In this document: piece by piece, positions 39,207 to 49,425 of the stretch
Position numbering within the stretch: position 1 is the stretch's first letter
Layout of the letters: each line of letters begins with the position of its first letter
Virus record (IMG/VR): IMGVR_UViG_3300008259_000013
Span: 1 to 64,000 of that record
From: a virus
DNA: 64,000 nt
Strand: one strand, 5' to 3'
The notes under the pieces: model-generated
What the model was told of the DNA's origin: nothing
The model's database searches: none
The model's input: the letters and a program-made list of their open reading frames with translations, nothing else
Translations under genes and position numbers: made by a program

Positions 39207-39280
39207 TGGAGCGAGTAGGGGGAATCGAACCCCCATAGCAAGTTTGGAAAACTCGAACTTTACCATTAAGCTATACTCGC
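39207..39280 (-). tRNA. tRNA-Gly(TCC)
   Basis: GCGAGTA acceptor, CGAGT-TT-TCC-AA-ACTTG, U73, CCA. Confidence 0.93.
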
Positions 39281-39286
39281 AAAAGC

Positions 39287-39607
39287 TTATTTTTTCTTTT
39301 TCTTTTTCTCTTCTTCTCTTATCTTATTGTCTTCTATCATTTTGTCCAATCTTTTATAAGCATTTTCTTTGGTGGTGCAAGTATATCCATCGCTACCCCA
39401 AGCGTTAGAGCTAGGATAATATTCACTAGCAGGATACATTTGTCCGCCAATAGCATAGCCGTTATGAGATTGTATTTTTACTACCTCATAATGCTTTCTT
39501 TCTGGGGAATCATTAAAGAATCTCTCGTAAATAGCGAAATCTCCTTCTCGGTGGATTTGCTTGTGAGAAAAGTTTTTGCTAGTAAAAGCCTTTTCTATTT
39601 TTTTCAT
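39287..39607 (-). CDS. hypothetical protein
   Basis: 106 aa; YEVV..EYYPS..WG motif. Confidence 0.7.
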   Translation of the reverse strand: MKKIEKAFTSKNFSHKQIHREGDFAIYERFFNDSPERKHYEVVKIQSHNGYAIGGQMYPASEYYPSSNAWGSDGYTCTTKENAYKRLDKMIEDNKIREEEKKKKKK

Positions 39608-40323
39608 GGGTTTTCTTGGCTATAACGGTGGATTGCTTCTTGGCACCATTTTAATGGATTGCCAGAAAAATTATTCCATCCAATATGACCTAACTTTATG
39701 GTTGGGTCAATCAAAACTTTTCCTCCAAGTTCACGCCAGATTGAGCAGAACCCCCAGTCTTCGCTCTCATAAATTCCATTATGAACTCCAGATCTGAAGA
39801 AATTATAAAAAGTATCTAAATGACCGTAGCCATCAATATCGTTTTTATATTTTAACTCTGGCCTGCTGGAAGCTATTTTTGAGAAAACTTCCCTCTTTAT
39901 CATTAAAAAACCAGTAGGAAGATAAGTAGTTTCAATTAAACCATCTTGATTGAAATTTATTTCGCCTCCGAAAGGATAATCTACAGCTTCTTCTCCTGCA
40001 AAAGCCCGATTCCAAACGTAATACTTTTTAGGATAAACTCCAGCGATTACTTCTTTATTGTGTCTAAGAAGCTTAGCAACAGACTCTGGCTCAAATTCAA
40101 TATCAGAATCAATAAACAATAAATGAGAGCAATCTGAATCAAGAAAATGTGCCGCCGCAGCATTTCTGGCTCTTGGAATTAAACTTTCAAATACTATAGG
40201 ATAAAGACAATAGTTGATGTTTTTGTCTCTTAAATAATGAGTCAGCCTGATCAAGCTGATCATGAATTCTGTATTTGCCATGTGGTTATAGCAAATAACA
40301 GGAATAAAAAGTTTTTCTTTCAT
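39604..40323 (-). CDS. GT-A fold glycosyltransferase-like protein
   Basis: SLIPRARN, HLLFIDSDI (DxD), GVYPKK, PTGFLMIKR, SEDWGFC, LGHIG. Confidence 0.75.
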   Translation of the reverse strand: MKEKLFIPVICYNHMANTEFMISLIRLTHYLRDKNINYCLYPIVFESLIPRARNAAAAHFLDSDCSHLLFIDSDIEFEPESVAKLLRHNKEVIAGVYPKKYYVWNRAFAGEEAVDYPFGGEINFNQDGLIETTYLPTGFLMIKREVFSKIASSRPELKYKNDIDGYGHLDTFYNFFRSGVHNGIYESEDWGFCSIWRELGGKVLIDPTIKLGHIGWNNFSGNPLKWCQEAIHRYSQENP

Positions 40324-40535
40324 TTGCGACAATCTTTAGATAATGCAAGAATTTCGTCGAGATTTTCTTTTACTCGGATAGGGTTTCTAGAGTTTTCTGT
40401 AAAAATTAAACTATGAATCCTAGAAGCTTCAATGTTTGTAACTCTATCTAAATTTATTAGATTATGAGAGTATTCTTTTTTAGGGGCCTCTTCGAATCCC
40501 GGTTTTAATACGTTAAGTTTAATGAAGTGTGCCAT
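40320..40535 (-). CDS. small hypothetical protein (FlbD-like pattern)
   Basis: FIKL..LINLDRV..IE..IRVKE.LDEI. Confidence 0.55.
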   Translation of the reverse strand: MAHFIKLNVLKPGFEEAPKKEYSHNLINLDRVTNIEASRIHSLIFTENSRNPIRVKENLDEILALSKDCRK

Positions 40536-40536
40536 A

Positions 40537-41427
40537 TTATTTATTCAACATTTTCAAAATAGCAAGATCTTTGCTTTTTAGTTCAACATCCCAGAATACC
40601 TCGTTGTTGTATTGTGGAGGAGTACCCAAAGCATAGTCGGCGTGTTTTCTTGTGCCATCAATACCCTCGCTGTAGTGGAATACAGGAGTCGTATTCCAAG
40701 TCGAGTAAGCCAAGTCGAAAGCTTCTCGCTCAGGAACTCCATGATGGCAAAAGGAATGATGCAAGTTATCAAAAGTAACAGGAATGTTAGCTCTCTGATA
40801 ATAAAACTTATGGAGATTCTTGACGCTCCAGACTCCTTCTCGGTTGTCATTGACTTCTAAGACTAACCTATTCTTGACATTATCTGGCAATTTGTCAAAG
40901 TTTTTTAAGAAAGACGAAGAAATGACTTCTGGGTCGCCATCTTGACGGCAGTGAATATTTAAGGGAGCCTCGTAAGATTTAGGAAGACCGATAAGATCAA
41001 ATAGATCTGCGTGAGAGGCTAGGTCTCTGGTGCTATTAGAAATGACTTCTTCCTTGGGGCTAGTAAGGCTAATATATTCAGAAGGGTGTGCTGAAATTTT
41101 TAATCCCGTCTCATTGATGGCTTTAGATATAGAAGACAAGGACTCAAAAATAGCGGCAGCGTTTGGCAAGTCTTGCAGCTTTATGTCTACCGACGGGTGA
41201 TTAATAATTGGAGTCAGATCCGAAGAAAGCCTATAGCTGCTGAAGCCGCTGGCCTTGCAATAACGGATAACTTTTTCGGTGACAAGAAAGTTATTTAAAA
41301 TTCTTGCGGACAAAATTTCTAGGGCTTGCTGGCGCGGAAGCGCAGAAAACCTAGAAAAAGTCATAGTTTGGAATTTATAGCCTTCTTCTTGAAGGCGCAA
41401 AGAGATGCAGCAAAGACCCAGTCGCAT
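40537..41427 (-). CDS. uvsE: UV DNA damage endonuclease (UvsE/UvdE)
   Basis: RLGLCCI, YRLSSD, SAHP, NIH, RLVLE.ND, TFDNLHH, FHYSE, KHADY, DVELKSKD. Confidence 0.9.
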   Translation of the reverse strand: MRLGLCCISLRLQEEGYKFQTMTFSRFSALPRQQALEILSARILNNFLVTEKVIRYCKASGFSSYRLSSDLTPIINHPSVDIKLQDLPNAAAIFESLSSISKAINETGLKISAHPSEYISLTSPKEEVISNSTRDLASHADLFDLIGLPKSYEAPLNIHCRQDGDPEVISSSFLKNFDKLPDNVKNRLVLEVNDNREGVWSVKNLHKFYYQRANIPVTFDNLHHSFCHHGVPEREAFDLAYSTWNTTPVFHYSEGIDGTRKHADYALGTPPQYNNEVFWDVELKSKDLAILKMLNK

Positions 41428-41433
41428 AACGTG

Positions 41434-41461
41434 AGTATGACCTAGGATCAGTCAAAGTCAA
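41434..41461 (-). promoter_or_regulatory. leaderless promoter TTGACT-N16-CATACT
   Basis: uvsE ATG 6 nt downstream. Confidence 0.75.
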
Positions 41462-43188
41462 GAGAATCTTCTAAATTGTGCATCATTTTTTTTACTACAA
41501 ATATTTTATTTTTTTCTGATTTATTTAACTCTTGACATTTTTGCTTTGCCTCTTCTTGATCGTCATAGAGACCAAGGTTTATGCAAACGATAGGAACTTT
41601 TGAAGTTCTGCCGTCTATTTGTATTTCTGTTATTTTTGCGATGCAAAAAGATTTTTTTAACGAAGCCTTCTTTAATTTAACCATCAATTTGGATAAAGGA
41701 GTATCTTCCCCGATATCAATTCCGAAGTCTTGCTTGACTAACTCCCTTTGCACCTCTGCCAATTTATAATGACCGGCATTAGATAAAACTTTGTAAGATA
41801 AAGAAATAAAGGTATGCCCAGGAATATCTTTGTCCTCCAGACGAATTAGAAGGCCGATTTCTTTGTTAGAATTTAATGCCCACTCAACAGCCCGAGTAGA
41901 AGCCTCGAAAATAGTTTCTTCCAAGGATTCTAGTTCCTCTATTTCTATTTTCTTCTTCCAATCTGCGCTATAGGCGACATACTTTTTCACAATAATAATT
42001 ACACTACTGGAAGTCGTCTAGCTTGAATTCGCTGCGCCTTTGCGGTTTGTTGGCTTTTTTCTTGCGTCTTATATCTAAATTCTCAAATTCTTTTTTCTTG
42101 GATGTTCCTTTTTTGAAAAATTTGTCTTGTTTCATATCAATTTCCTCTGTTAGAATATTCTATTATATCGAATAGAAAACTCTTGAATTGATCGAAATCT
42201 TGCCTATCAGCTTCGGCTATTAAATTCCGATCTACTTTGCTGATGTAATCATCAAGAGAGCCAGCCCAATATGATGGTATAGTTATTGTGCGCCCATCAA
42301 AAGAAAGGTCGTCGTGCTTGATGATGATGTTGTTTACTTTGGGTCTTATACCTATGTACAACTCTTTTTGCATATTTTATTATAGAGTTGACATATGTGA
42401 TTTCAAAATTAAACTTTACTCACCTTTCTTAAAAGTATCCATAAGCTCTCTGACTGCAACTAGCATTTTGTCTAGCGTTGCGACTCTATTAGAATAAAGA
42501 AGCTCTGTCTTTTGTTGCTCTGCCAAAATTAGCCTTTCTAGTTGCTTAATTTTTTTATGGGTTTCAATGGGCTTTGTTCTTTCAAACTCTGAGATATTCA
42601 TTTAATTAAGAAAAATTTTTCAACAAAATAAAGTTTCGATTGCAAAAATGTAAGAAAATTACGAATATTGCGAAACACGAATCTTATAAAAGAAGCGTAT
42701 GGGCGCAAAATGTATTTATATCTTCTCGTTTTGGTAAATTCGTACCAATCTTTTAGTTTTTTATCAAATTCCAAGTCCTTTTTTTTTCTTTCAGCGTTAT
42801 CTCTTGCCTCAAAGTCAATGATCTCAACAGAAGAAATTTTGCCATCAATAAATACGGCTTTATATTCTATGAAATAATCATAGTTAGTATTTTGAGAATG
42901 TTGATAATCATAGAAGTTTATAGTTGCTGTGAGCGCTAATTCCTCCTTCCACCTCTTTGTGGTTTTGAAATACCCCATCTTACCAGAGAAAGTCGTGGCA
43001 TTTTTGTCGCCTTCAACCCATTCCCCTTCTGAGCGTTGTAAAAATAATTGACCATTCTTGTCTATTTCATACAAGTCCAAAGCAGAATCAAGATCTTTGG
43101 TTTGAAAATCTTTTGAGCCAGAATAACCTTTTGGGTCATTTGGCATTGGAAGCGGATATTCGCAAATTATTGTATCGTACATTCCCAT
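41448..43188 (-). other. hypothetical CDS (41448-41990, 42137-42373, 42416-42601, 42598-43188)
   Basis: ORF track; 42598-43188 has the common MGMYD..FQTKD phage motif. Confidence 0.7.
42379..42406 (-). promoter_or_regulatory. leaderless promoter TTGAAA-N16-TATAAT
   Basis: ATG 42373 is 5 nt downstream. Confidence 0.6.
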
Positions 43189-43409
43189 TATAGTGTCCTC
43201 ATTATTTCTTTTCTTTGCTTTTCTGAATAAGAAAGCCAGTTTTTGATTTGCTCAGTTGTTCTGCCGCAAGCGGTGCAAACATCATTCTTTAATTTGCATA
43301 TTCTTACGCATGGAGATGAAATTTTATTGCTCCAGTTTATTTCGCTGAAATTATCACGAAATTGCCGACTGAAACAATTTCTTGGTTTGTCTCCTTTTCC
43401 TGCGCTCAT
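43188..43409 (-). CDS. DUF1289-like Cys-rich protein
   Basis: SPCVRICKL...CTACGRT..I..W. Confidence 0.75.
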   Translation of the reverse strand: MSAGKGDKPRNCFSRQFRDNFSEINWSNKISSPCVRICKLKNDVCTACGRTTEQIKNWLSYSEKQRKEIMRTL

Positions 43410-43699
43410 AGTGCCGCTAAAGTTTTTACAGCGAATTCTATATCAAGAGTAATTTGCCTTGGCTTCAAACCCGCTTCGTCCATGGTTCTTCCGTCTTCTC
43501 CAGATCGCCATTTGTTAAAGTTATCAAGCCTTTCGGAGACGGCTTTATTTGTCATTGGTAGACCATAGGATTGTTTTAATTTTAATTCCTTCTTTTTTGC
43601 CATAATCTGCTCCATAATTTTTATTTTTTTTAAAAAAGTCGAAAAGATCTGCCTTAATTTTTTCGGCGTCTTCAACGGAAAAACTTGAAGGAAGCTCTA

Positions 43700-44062
43700 T
43701 TAAAATATCAATACCCTTAGTAGCCATAATTTATAAACCATCCAAATTGTAAAAATATGCCAAACATTATCAACGACTATTAAAGACCACGGCGCAAGAG
43801 GGGGCTTTGTAAAGTTTTTCTGGCCTACAAAATGCATCCATTGAGGTATAACTCCATTTCTATCTTGAAAAAAATGAGTTCCAAATAAAACAATAAATGC
43901 TGTAGTATTCCATATACCGCCCATTAAACACACGCAAGTAGCCCAAATAAAGCAATGAATTGCGCAAATCCAGCTATTCTTTTTTTTATTTTCAGCAATC
44001 CAGTCAAATTGCAACAGGTAATCTGCCACAAGATGTCCAATTATTGCTGATGTAAGGTCCAT
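43700..44062 (-). CDS. DUF3307-like membrane protein
   Basis: GHLVADYLLQ, H, THFFQD, VDNVWH. Confidence 0.75.
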   Translation of the reverse strand: MDLTSAIIGHLVADYLLQFDWIAENKKKNSWICAIHCFIWATCVCLMGGIWNTTAFIVLFGTHFFQDRNGVIPQWMHFVGQKNFTKPPLAPWSLIVVDNVWHIFTIWMVYKLWLLRVLIF

Positions 44063-44076
44063 AGCTTTTGTTTATA

Positions 44077-44472
44077 TTAAAAGTTTTTGTTGTAATTTTC
44101 TATATAAGATTCAATATTTTTTTTGCCGACTGGATTAAGGCTGTGGACTATGTAAGGAGGATGTTTAATGTTTTGTCTTTGGCAAAAATCTACAAGCCAT
44201 TTCGCGCAATCGTAGCCAGTTTTTTCTCTATACTTACTATAATCTATATTTAATCCACCTTGACCGTCAATTGAATTAAAGCTTTCGTAATGGGCATCGG
44301 CTAAATCATGATCATAGCAAACATATTTTGGGACACCTCTCGCTAAAATTAATGATATAAATTGATCATAATTACGCACAACAGAATAATGTTGATCTTG
44401 TGGAATAGCCGCCCAAGTGACGTTGGTTGGGACTCTTACGTCATCTAAAAATAAATTATATTTTGTGATCAT
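44077..44472 (-). CDS. cyclic-phosphate processing receiver-domain protein
   Basis: LFLDDVR, YDHDL, TGYDCAKW, VHSLNPVG. Confidence 0.75.
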   Translation of the reverse strand: MITKYNLFLDDVRVPTNVTWAAIPQDQHYSVVRNYDQFISLILARGVPKYVCYDHDLADAHYESFNSIDGQGGLNIDYSKYREKTGYDCAKWLVDFCQRQNIKHPPYIVHSLNPVGKKNIESYIENYNKNF

Positions 44473-45149
44473 AGCTCAAATGCAGCGATTGTATGTTCAA
44501 AAGGATTACCTTCAATATTCTTTACGAGATTTAACATCTCAGCAGCAATTTCTCTAATCTCTTTTTGAGCGTCAGGCTTATTACGCAAGTTCAAGAAATG
44601 ATAGAATGATCGCCAATTGAACATAACATCAGCTTGAATTTGAGAATTATAAGTCTTGAAATAACGAGCAGACTCTTTAGCCCTCTTGCGGCCTAAAACT
44701 GGCTCAAGATCTTTAAAAGAAGCATGATACAATTTATTTCCTAATTCTGTATATTGAAGCAATGCATCTGCCCAATTAAAAGCATCTGAATTCCCAAATT
44801 TAATATCGTCTGTTCTCTTAATATCCTTCCAGTCATCAGGAATAAGATACTTGTCTTCCTTTATCTCCTTATACCTAGCAGATTCACCATTAACAGATAC
44901 ACCGACACGATGCTTAATGAGATGAATATGACTAGCGATATCAGTGTCCACCAAGAAATGAAGACTAGACTTTTCAAAAGGAGTATGATGCCCCGCATCA
45001 GCGAGCATCTTAAGGAGTTTAGGAATTCTATTAATCTTATCTTCATTTAAATCTCTGCTTGTCGATGTCCAAGCTGAACAGGCGTGAACTTGGTCATCAC
45101 CATAGTAGCCAATCAGTTGCACTTTATTATCGTGTTTGTCGTTTATCAT
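44469..45149 (-). CDS. thyX: flavin-dependent thymidylate synthase
   Basis: HHTPFE, KHR..SVNGESARY, KESAR, FLNLR...AQKEIR. Confidence 0.92.
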   Translation of the reverse strand: MINDKHDNKVQLIGYYGDDQVHACSAWTSTSRDLNEDKINRIPKLLKMLADAGHHTPFEKSSLHFLVDTDIASHIHLIKHRVGVSVNGESARYKEIKEDKYLIPDDWKDIKRTDDIKFGNSDAFNWADALLQYTELGNKLYHASFKDLEPVLGRKRAKESARYFKTYNSQIQADVMFNWRSFYHFLNLRNKPDAQKEIREIAAEMLNLVKNIEGNPFEHTIAAFEL

Positions 45150-45346
45150 TTTTAAATGTTTTCGAAAGCTGTTCGTGAAAAATTTTATTTACTTTGCATT
45201 TGCAAAAATCCATTTTAGGATTCCCGGGTCCAATTAAATTTCTATCAAAACTATAACAATAGTGCCATCCAAGAATTATTTCTTCGGTGGTTAATTCATC
45301 TGTTTCAAATTTATCTTCCACAGTTTAATATTTTATTTATATTAGA

Positions 45347-45928
45347 TCAATCATTATTTTTTTCAACAAATTTTTGATCTGGATGATAAACAAATTCAGG
45401 GCCTTCATAACCATATCCTGTGTCGCCATGATCGTGATAATCGTCAGGGCATTGACCATCATACATTACCTCTTCAAGATATTTTTTGCCATTTTGATCT
45501 ATTCCATATTGAATAGTAAGTTTCTTGGGATCAAATTCGGAAATCTCACTCCAATAATAAATATAATTAAACTTCATATCGTGAGACCACCAAATATTTA
45601 CTTCGCCTACGTTGTCGGGTTCTTGTGGAACATAGTTGCAACCGCCACCTTCTTCAAATTGAAATTGATTCCAATCTGATGTTTCAAAGATGGGCTCTTC
45701 GTGATTTTGGATATATTCATCACCACCTAAGTATACTTTTATATTATCTCTTCCATCTTCAAAATCAAAATAAGGACAAGTTTCATAAACATCGCCGCCG
45801 CTGTAGCATTCGTCACTTTCAAGAAAGGCTTCTTCAAACATTTCTTGAGTTTGGTTTGACTCTGGCCCAGCGATTGTGTCGCGGCTGTATTCATAAGTGC
45901 CGCGCATCCAAATTTTAATTTTTAACAT
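45347..45928 (-). CDS. acidic hypothetical protein
   Basis: 193 aa ORF. Confidence 0.7.
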   Translation of the reverse strand: MLKIKIWMRGTYEYSRDTIAGPESNQTQEMFEEAFLESDECYSGGDVYETCPYFDFEDGRDNIKVYLGGDEYIQNHEEPIFETSDWNQFQFEEGGGCNYVPQEPDNVGEVNIWWSHDMKFNYIYYWSEISEFDPKKLTIQYGIDQNGKKYLEEVMYDGQCPDDYHDHGDTGYGYEGPEFVYHPDQKFVEKNND

Positions 45929-45929
45929 A

Positions 45930-46559
45930 TTATTTAGTTAGTCCAATTTCTCCGGAATCTATTTGATTTTTCATATTTTCATTGATGAATTCCATAATAT
46001 ATTTACCATTTTCTATATGATGAAATCCATCAGAAAATTCGTAAATTAAATAACCTTCTTCATCTGCATATTTGTCATATATGTCAAAAAAACCAAATCC
46101 ATTCTTTCGGCATTCTTCCTTGAGTTTTAAATTAAAGTATTTAACAAATTTTAATCTGTCTTCTTTGCAGGCCATTATTGGTCTTTCTGGGTCGTAAGAC
46201 GATCTCCTTGGGGGGACAATATTATATATGTAAACATACAAGCTTAGACCTATGTCACTAATCAACAAGCGAACCGTTTCCATGTAATTAATGATTAAAT
46301 CATCGATTACGTCTTTATAAGAACGAGACGGAGAAACGTGTTTGTGTACATGACACCTGCAGTCCACTTCTCCTACGGTAAAAATGATAACGTCACCATT
46401 CCACAAGCCGAGGTCTGAGACTAAATGTCGAATATTAAAATCTTGCAAATTTTTTTTGCCAAATCTATAACAAGTTCTTCCTCTAAGCCAATTAAAAATT
46501 ACATTTTGCCATCCAAATCTACAGTGACTATCGCCTACTACAAAAATCTTCCTGTCCAT
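45930..46559 (-). CDS. SGNH/GDSL hydrolase-like protein
   Basis: VVGDSH, GEVDCR, DGFH. Confidence 0.7.
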   Translation of the reverse strand: MDRKIFVVGDSHCRFGWQNVIFNWLRGRTCYRFGKKNLQDFNIRHLVSDLGLWNGDVIIFTVGEVDCRCHVHKHVSPSRSYKDVIDDLIINYMETVRLLISDIGLSLYVYIYNIVPPRRSSYDPERPIMACKEDRLKFVKYFNLKLKEECRKNGFGFFDIYDKYADEEGYLIYEFSDGFHHIENGKYIMEFINENMKNQIDSGEIGLTK

Positions 46560-46583
46560 ATAAAACTCCAGTTATTTAATATT

Positions 46584-47072
46584 TTAAATAATTTTCCAGT
46601 TAGAATTAGTGTTATCAGAGCAATTAAGAGTATAATTTATATAAGGGTAAGGATAAAGAGTGCCCCAAGGATAAGGCACGGTATATGGTTGATTATTGTA
46701 ACCCAAAGCGTTTCTAAGCTGAGAATAAAGGTCTTGAGCCTCTTCCGTAGAGAGAGTTACTTCTTTGTCCTTTATTTTAAGATTTATAGAAATTGCTATA
46801 GATGGAGAATCCATGCAAGATTATAAAACAAGTCTTTGGTTTTTACAAATTTAATCGTGAATATTTATGCCGCGAATATTAATTTCTTCGTGCAAAAGAG
46901 CGCGAATAGAATAAAGAGCTTCATCGGCAGATTTAAATTCGTGACCGTATTTTATATAGCTCCGCAACTTATCCTCGAAATGACCAATGGCAGCAACCAT
47001 GTCGGGCGCTTGATTTGCCATTTCAAATGATCTTTGATCTTCAGGTAAATTAAATTCTAGTATTGCTTTCAT
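46584..47072 (-). other. two small hypothetical CDS (46584-46814, 46851-47072)
   Basis: 46814 ATG lies 5 nt below TTGTAA-N17-TATAAT; MKAILEFNLPED is a common phage motif. Confidence 0.65.
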
Positions 47073-47137
47073 ATTTTTGTTAAGCTAGTGTAAAACTTGC
47101 AACCATTTACTTAAAATATATGTCATACCTAATAACT

Positions 47138-47404
47138 ATGAAATATCTATTATACACGATACTCCTAGGGTTTTCTCTGACATCTATCGCTCAAGATGCA
47201 CCCAAACCACCAAAAAGTCAAGAAAGAAAAGGGCCTCCCAAGGAATTACTTGAAAAATACGACACAAATAAAGACGGAAAGCTAGACAAAGAAGAAAGAT
47301 CTAAAATTTCTCCCGAAGATCGTAAAAAAATGGGGCCACCCCGTAAAAAACAACCCCGTACTGGCGGACCAGATCCAATTCCAGAACATTTAAAAAAAAA
47401 TTAA
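47138..47404 (+). CDS. secreted EF-hand protein
   Basis: Signal peptide, DTNKDGKLDKEE canonical EF-hand loop. Confidence 0.75.
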   Translation: MKYLLYTILLGFSLTSIAQDAPKPPKSQERKGPPKELLEKYDTNKDGKLDKEERSKISPEDRKKMGPPRKKQPRTGGPDPIPEHLKKN

Positions 47405-47411
47405 AATAAAT

Positions 47412-47439
47412 AACCCGTAGAGAAATCTGCGGGTTTTTT
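47412..47439 (+). terminator. intrinsic terminator
   Basis: AACCCGTAGA-GAAA-TCTGCGGGTT-TTTT. Confidence 0.8.
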
Positions 47440-47458
47440 ATTTAGTGTAATGATTTTT

Positions 47459-48412
47459 ATGAGAAGACTCTTGGTTCTGTTTATGGCGTTGATGGTTTCT
47501 GGTTGTTTTTCCACAATTAGGCCACCTCAACAAGTTACCACATCTCAAGACAATATAGCCAAAGAGGAAAAGAAAGTTGATAAAACTTTATCTCAAATAG
47601 AAAAGAACGAAAAAGGCAAAAAAATTCAAACAGCCACTCTTGCCCAAGGCATTCAACATTCTTTAAATCAAGTAACTAATCCTCCTGTTCAAGTAGACAC
47701 AGCTAAGGCATTGAACGAAAGAGTAGTTTCTATTGTTGGTTCTCCTCATATAGACGAAATAAAAAGAATAAAAGCAACAGTTGATTTGCTTAACTCTGCA
47801 TTGGCTGAAGAAAGGCAAAAGGGTGCAGATTTACTATCTCAACGAGACGAAATAATTAACAAACTCCAAAAAGAAAAATCAGAGTTAAATCAAAAATATG
47901 ACGATCAACTTTGGCAAATGACAGATAAAGCTAAAGAAGTCGCAAAAGAAGCTGATCAAAATAAAGCCACGCTCGATGCAATGAGCGGAATGTTTGGGCT
48001 TAATGCTGTGTTTTGGGGATTGAAGAAGTTTTTCTTTAGTATGTTGACTGCGATTTTGATATTTGTTGTTATATTCGTCATTCTTAGACTTCTTGCTACT
48101 GTTCATCCTGCGGCTGGGGCGGCGTTTTCAATTTTTAATATGCTTGGTTCGGCAGTCATTTCTATAATTAAAGCTTTAACTCCCAAAGCATTCGAAATGA
48201 GCAACTTCGCCACAAAAGATAAGGTTGATGAATATAAATCTCCTCTTGTTAAAATTGTAGATGTAATTCAAGAGCTTAAAGAAAAGCAAAAAGAATCTCC
48301 TGATAGAATTTATCCTTTAACAGAAGTGCTTAAGAAATTTGATAAAGAAATGGATAGCTCAGAAAAAGATTTAATTGACGAAATCTTAAAAGAACAAAAA
48401 TGGATTAAATAA
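47459..48412 (+). CDS. lipoprotein with coiled coil and C-terminal TM helices (spanin-like topology)
   Basis: Lipobox VSGC, long coiled coil, two hydrophobic segments; GTGTAA 8 nt upstream. Confidence 0.6.
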   Translation: MRRLLVLFMALMVSGCFSTIRPPQQVTTSQDNIAKEEKKVDKTLSQIEKNEKGKKIQTATLAQGIQHSLNQVTNPPVQVDTAKALNERVVSIVGSPHIDEIKRIKATVDLLNSALAEERQKGADLLSQRDEIINKLQKEKSELNQKYDDQLWQMTDKAKEVAKEADQNKATLDAMSGMFGLNAVFWGLKKFFFSMLTAILIFVVIFVILRLLATVHPAAGAAFSIFNMLGSAVISIIKALTPKAFEMSNFATKDKVDEYKSPLVKIVDVIQELKEKQKESPDRIYPLTEVLKKFDKEMDSSEKDLIDEILKEQKWIK

Positions 48413-48430
48413 AGTGTAATTTAAAACACT

Positions 48431-48811
48431 ATGGATCCAACTATAACTAATGCTATTCCGCAACAAGTGTTAGAGGCAACTGGGCAAGATCTCACGGGAA
48501 AATACATGTGGCTGTTTGTGGTGGGTCTTGTTGCTTTGATGTTCAAATCAAGCATAGAAAAGCTTGCGGCAGCTTTGTTTATGTTTATTGGGAACGATTA
48601 TAAAGAAGATGATGTAGTATATGTAGATGGCAAACCGGGAAGAATCATCAGGGTTGGCCTCACAAAGACAGTTTTTTTTATTTATGATGTTGTTGATGGG
48701 AAAATCGTAAGCGGTAATAAACTAGTAGTACAAAATGAAAGACTAGCTGGATTAAATATTGAAAAACCTCTACCCAATTTAGATCTTAGTAGATTTAAAA
48801 AACATGAGTAA
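48431..48811 (+). CDS. minimal MscS-like membrane protein
   Basis: TM followed by YKEDDVVYVDGKPGRIIRVGL..T beta-domain motif. Confidence 0.55.
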   Translation: MDPTITNAIPQQVLEATGQDLTGKYMWLFVVGLVALMFKSSIEKLAAALFMFIGNDYKEDDVVYVDGKPGRIIRVGLTKTVFFIYDVVDGKIVSGNKLVVQNERLAGLNIEKPLPNLDLSRFKKHE

Positions 48812-49424
48812 TCTAGTATTAAATATAAAGAAATATTTGTTTTTTGTGCTTTTGCCGGTTGCGGCGTTGGTTATTCTTGCCTTGTCTAGCCTTAAAGATA
48901 TAGAACAAAATTATGCTAGATTCAGATTCGGTAGAGATATTACTTTATATTTAAGAAGATCGACTGATTTATTAACTTATTTAGGCGCAGCTTATACAAC
49001 TACAAGTGATAAAAAGTTTTTAATTCAATTTAATGATCACTTGAAAGAAAGAGAAAAGTATTTTAATGAAGAAATTTTTATTTCTAAATTACTAACTCAA
49101 GAAGAAGCAAAAGAATTTAGGAAAGGTTTAGATATAAGTAATGATTTAGCAAAAGACATCGAAAACCCGGCTTTTGCATCGATGGACAATAAGGCAATGT
49201 TCAGCGATAAATATTTAGAATACAAGAAAAAAATATACGACAACATAAATTCTTTTAGATCTATGATCAATGATAGCTCTGAAAAAGCTATCAAAGATGA
49301 AATAAAATTATTAAATATATATTTATATTTATTAGCTGCTATTGTATTATTTTTAGTTTATTTAATTAAGCAAGATAATAACGCTATTATTAAAAAGAAA
49401 CCCACAAAAAAGAAAAAGAGATAA
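48804..49424 (+). CDS. two-TM protein with periplasmic helical-bundle sensor domain, no output domain
   Basis: LRRSTDLLT..YTTT.D..F, LT.EE....LD.SNDLA..E..AF, FSDKY..YK..I match chemoreceptor/HK sensor pattern. Confidence 0.55.
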   Translation: MSNLVLNIKKYLFFVLLPVAALVILALSSLKDIEQNYARFRFGRDITLYLRRSTDLLTYLGAAYTTTSDKKFLIQFNDHLKEREKYFNEEIFISKLLTQEEAKEFRKGLDISNDLAKDIENPAFASMDNKAMFSDKYLEYKKKIYDNINSFRSMINDSSEKAIKDEIKLLNIYLYLLAAIVLFLVYLIKQDNNAIIKKKPTKKKKR

Positions 49425-49425
49425 T

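Noticed and set aside
38988-39408. ORFs 38988-39266 (extended start) and 39130-39408
   Set aside because: Span tRNA-Gln/Gly; only the 38988-39125 portion is plausible
47088-47093. GTGTAA copy before EF-hand gene (and one at 4721)
   Set aside because: Spacing to ATG (26 nt or more) or orientation does not match the other ten copies; not counted
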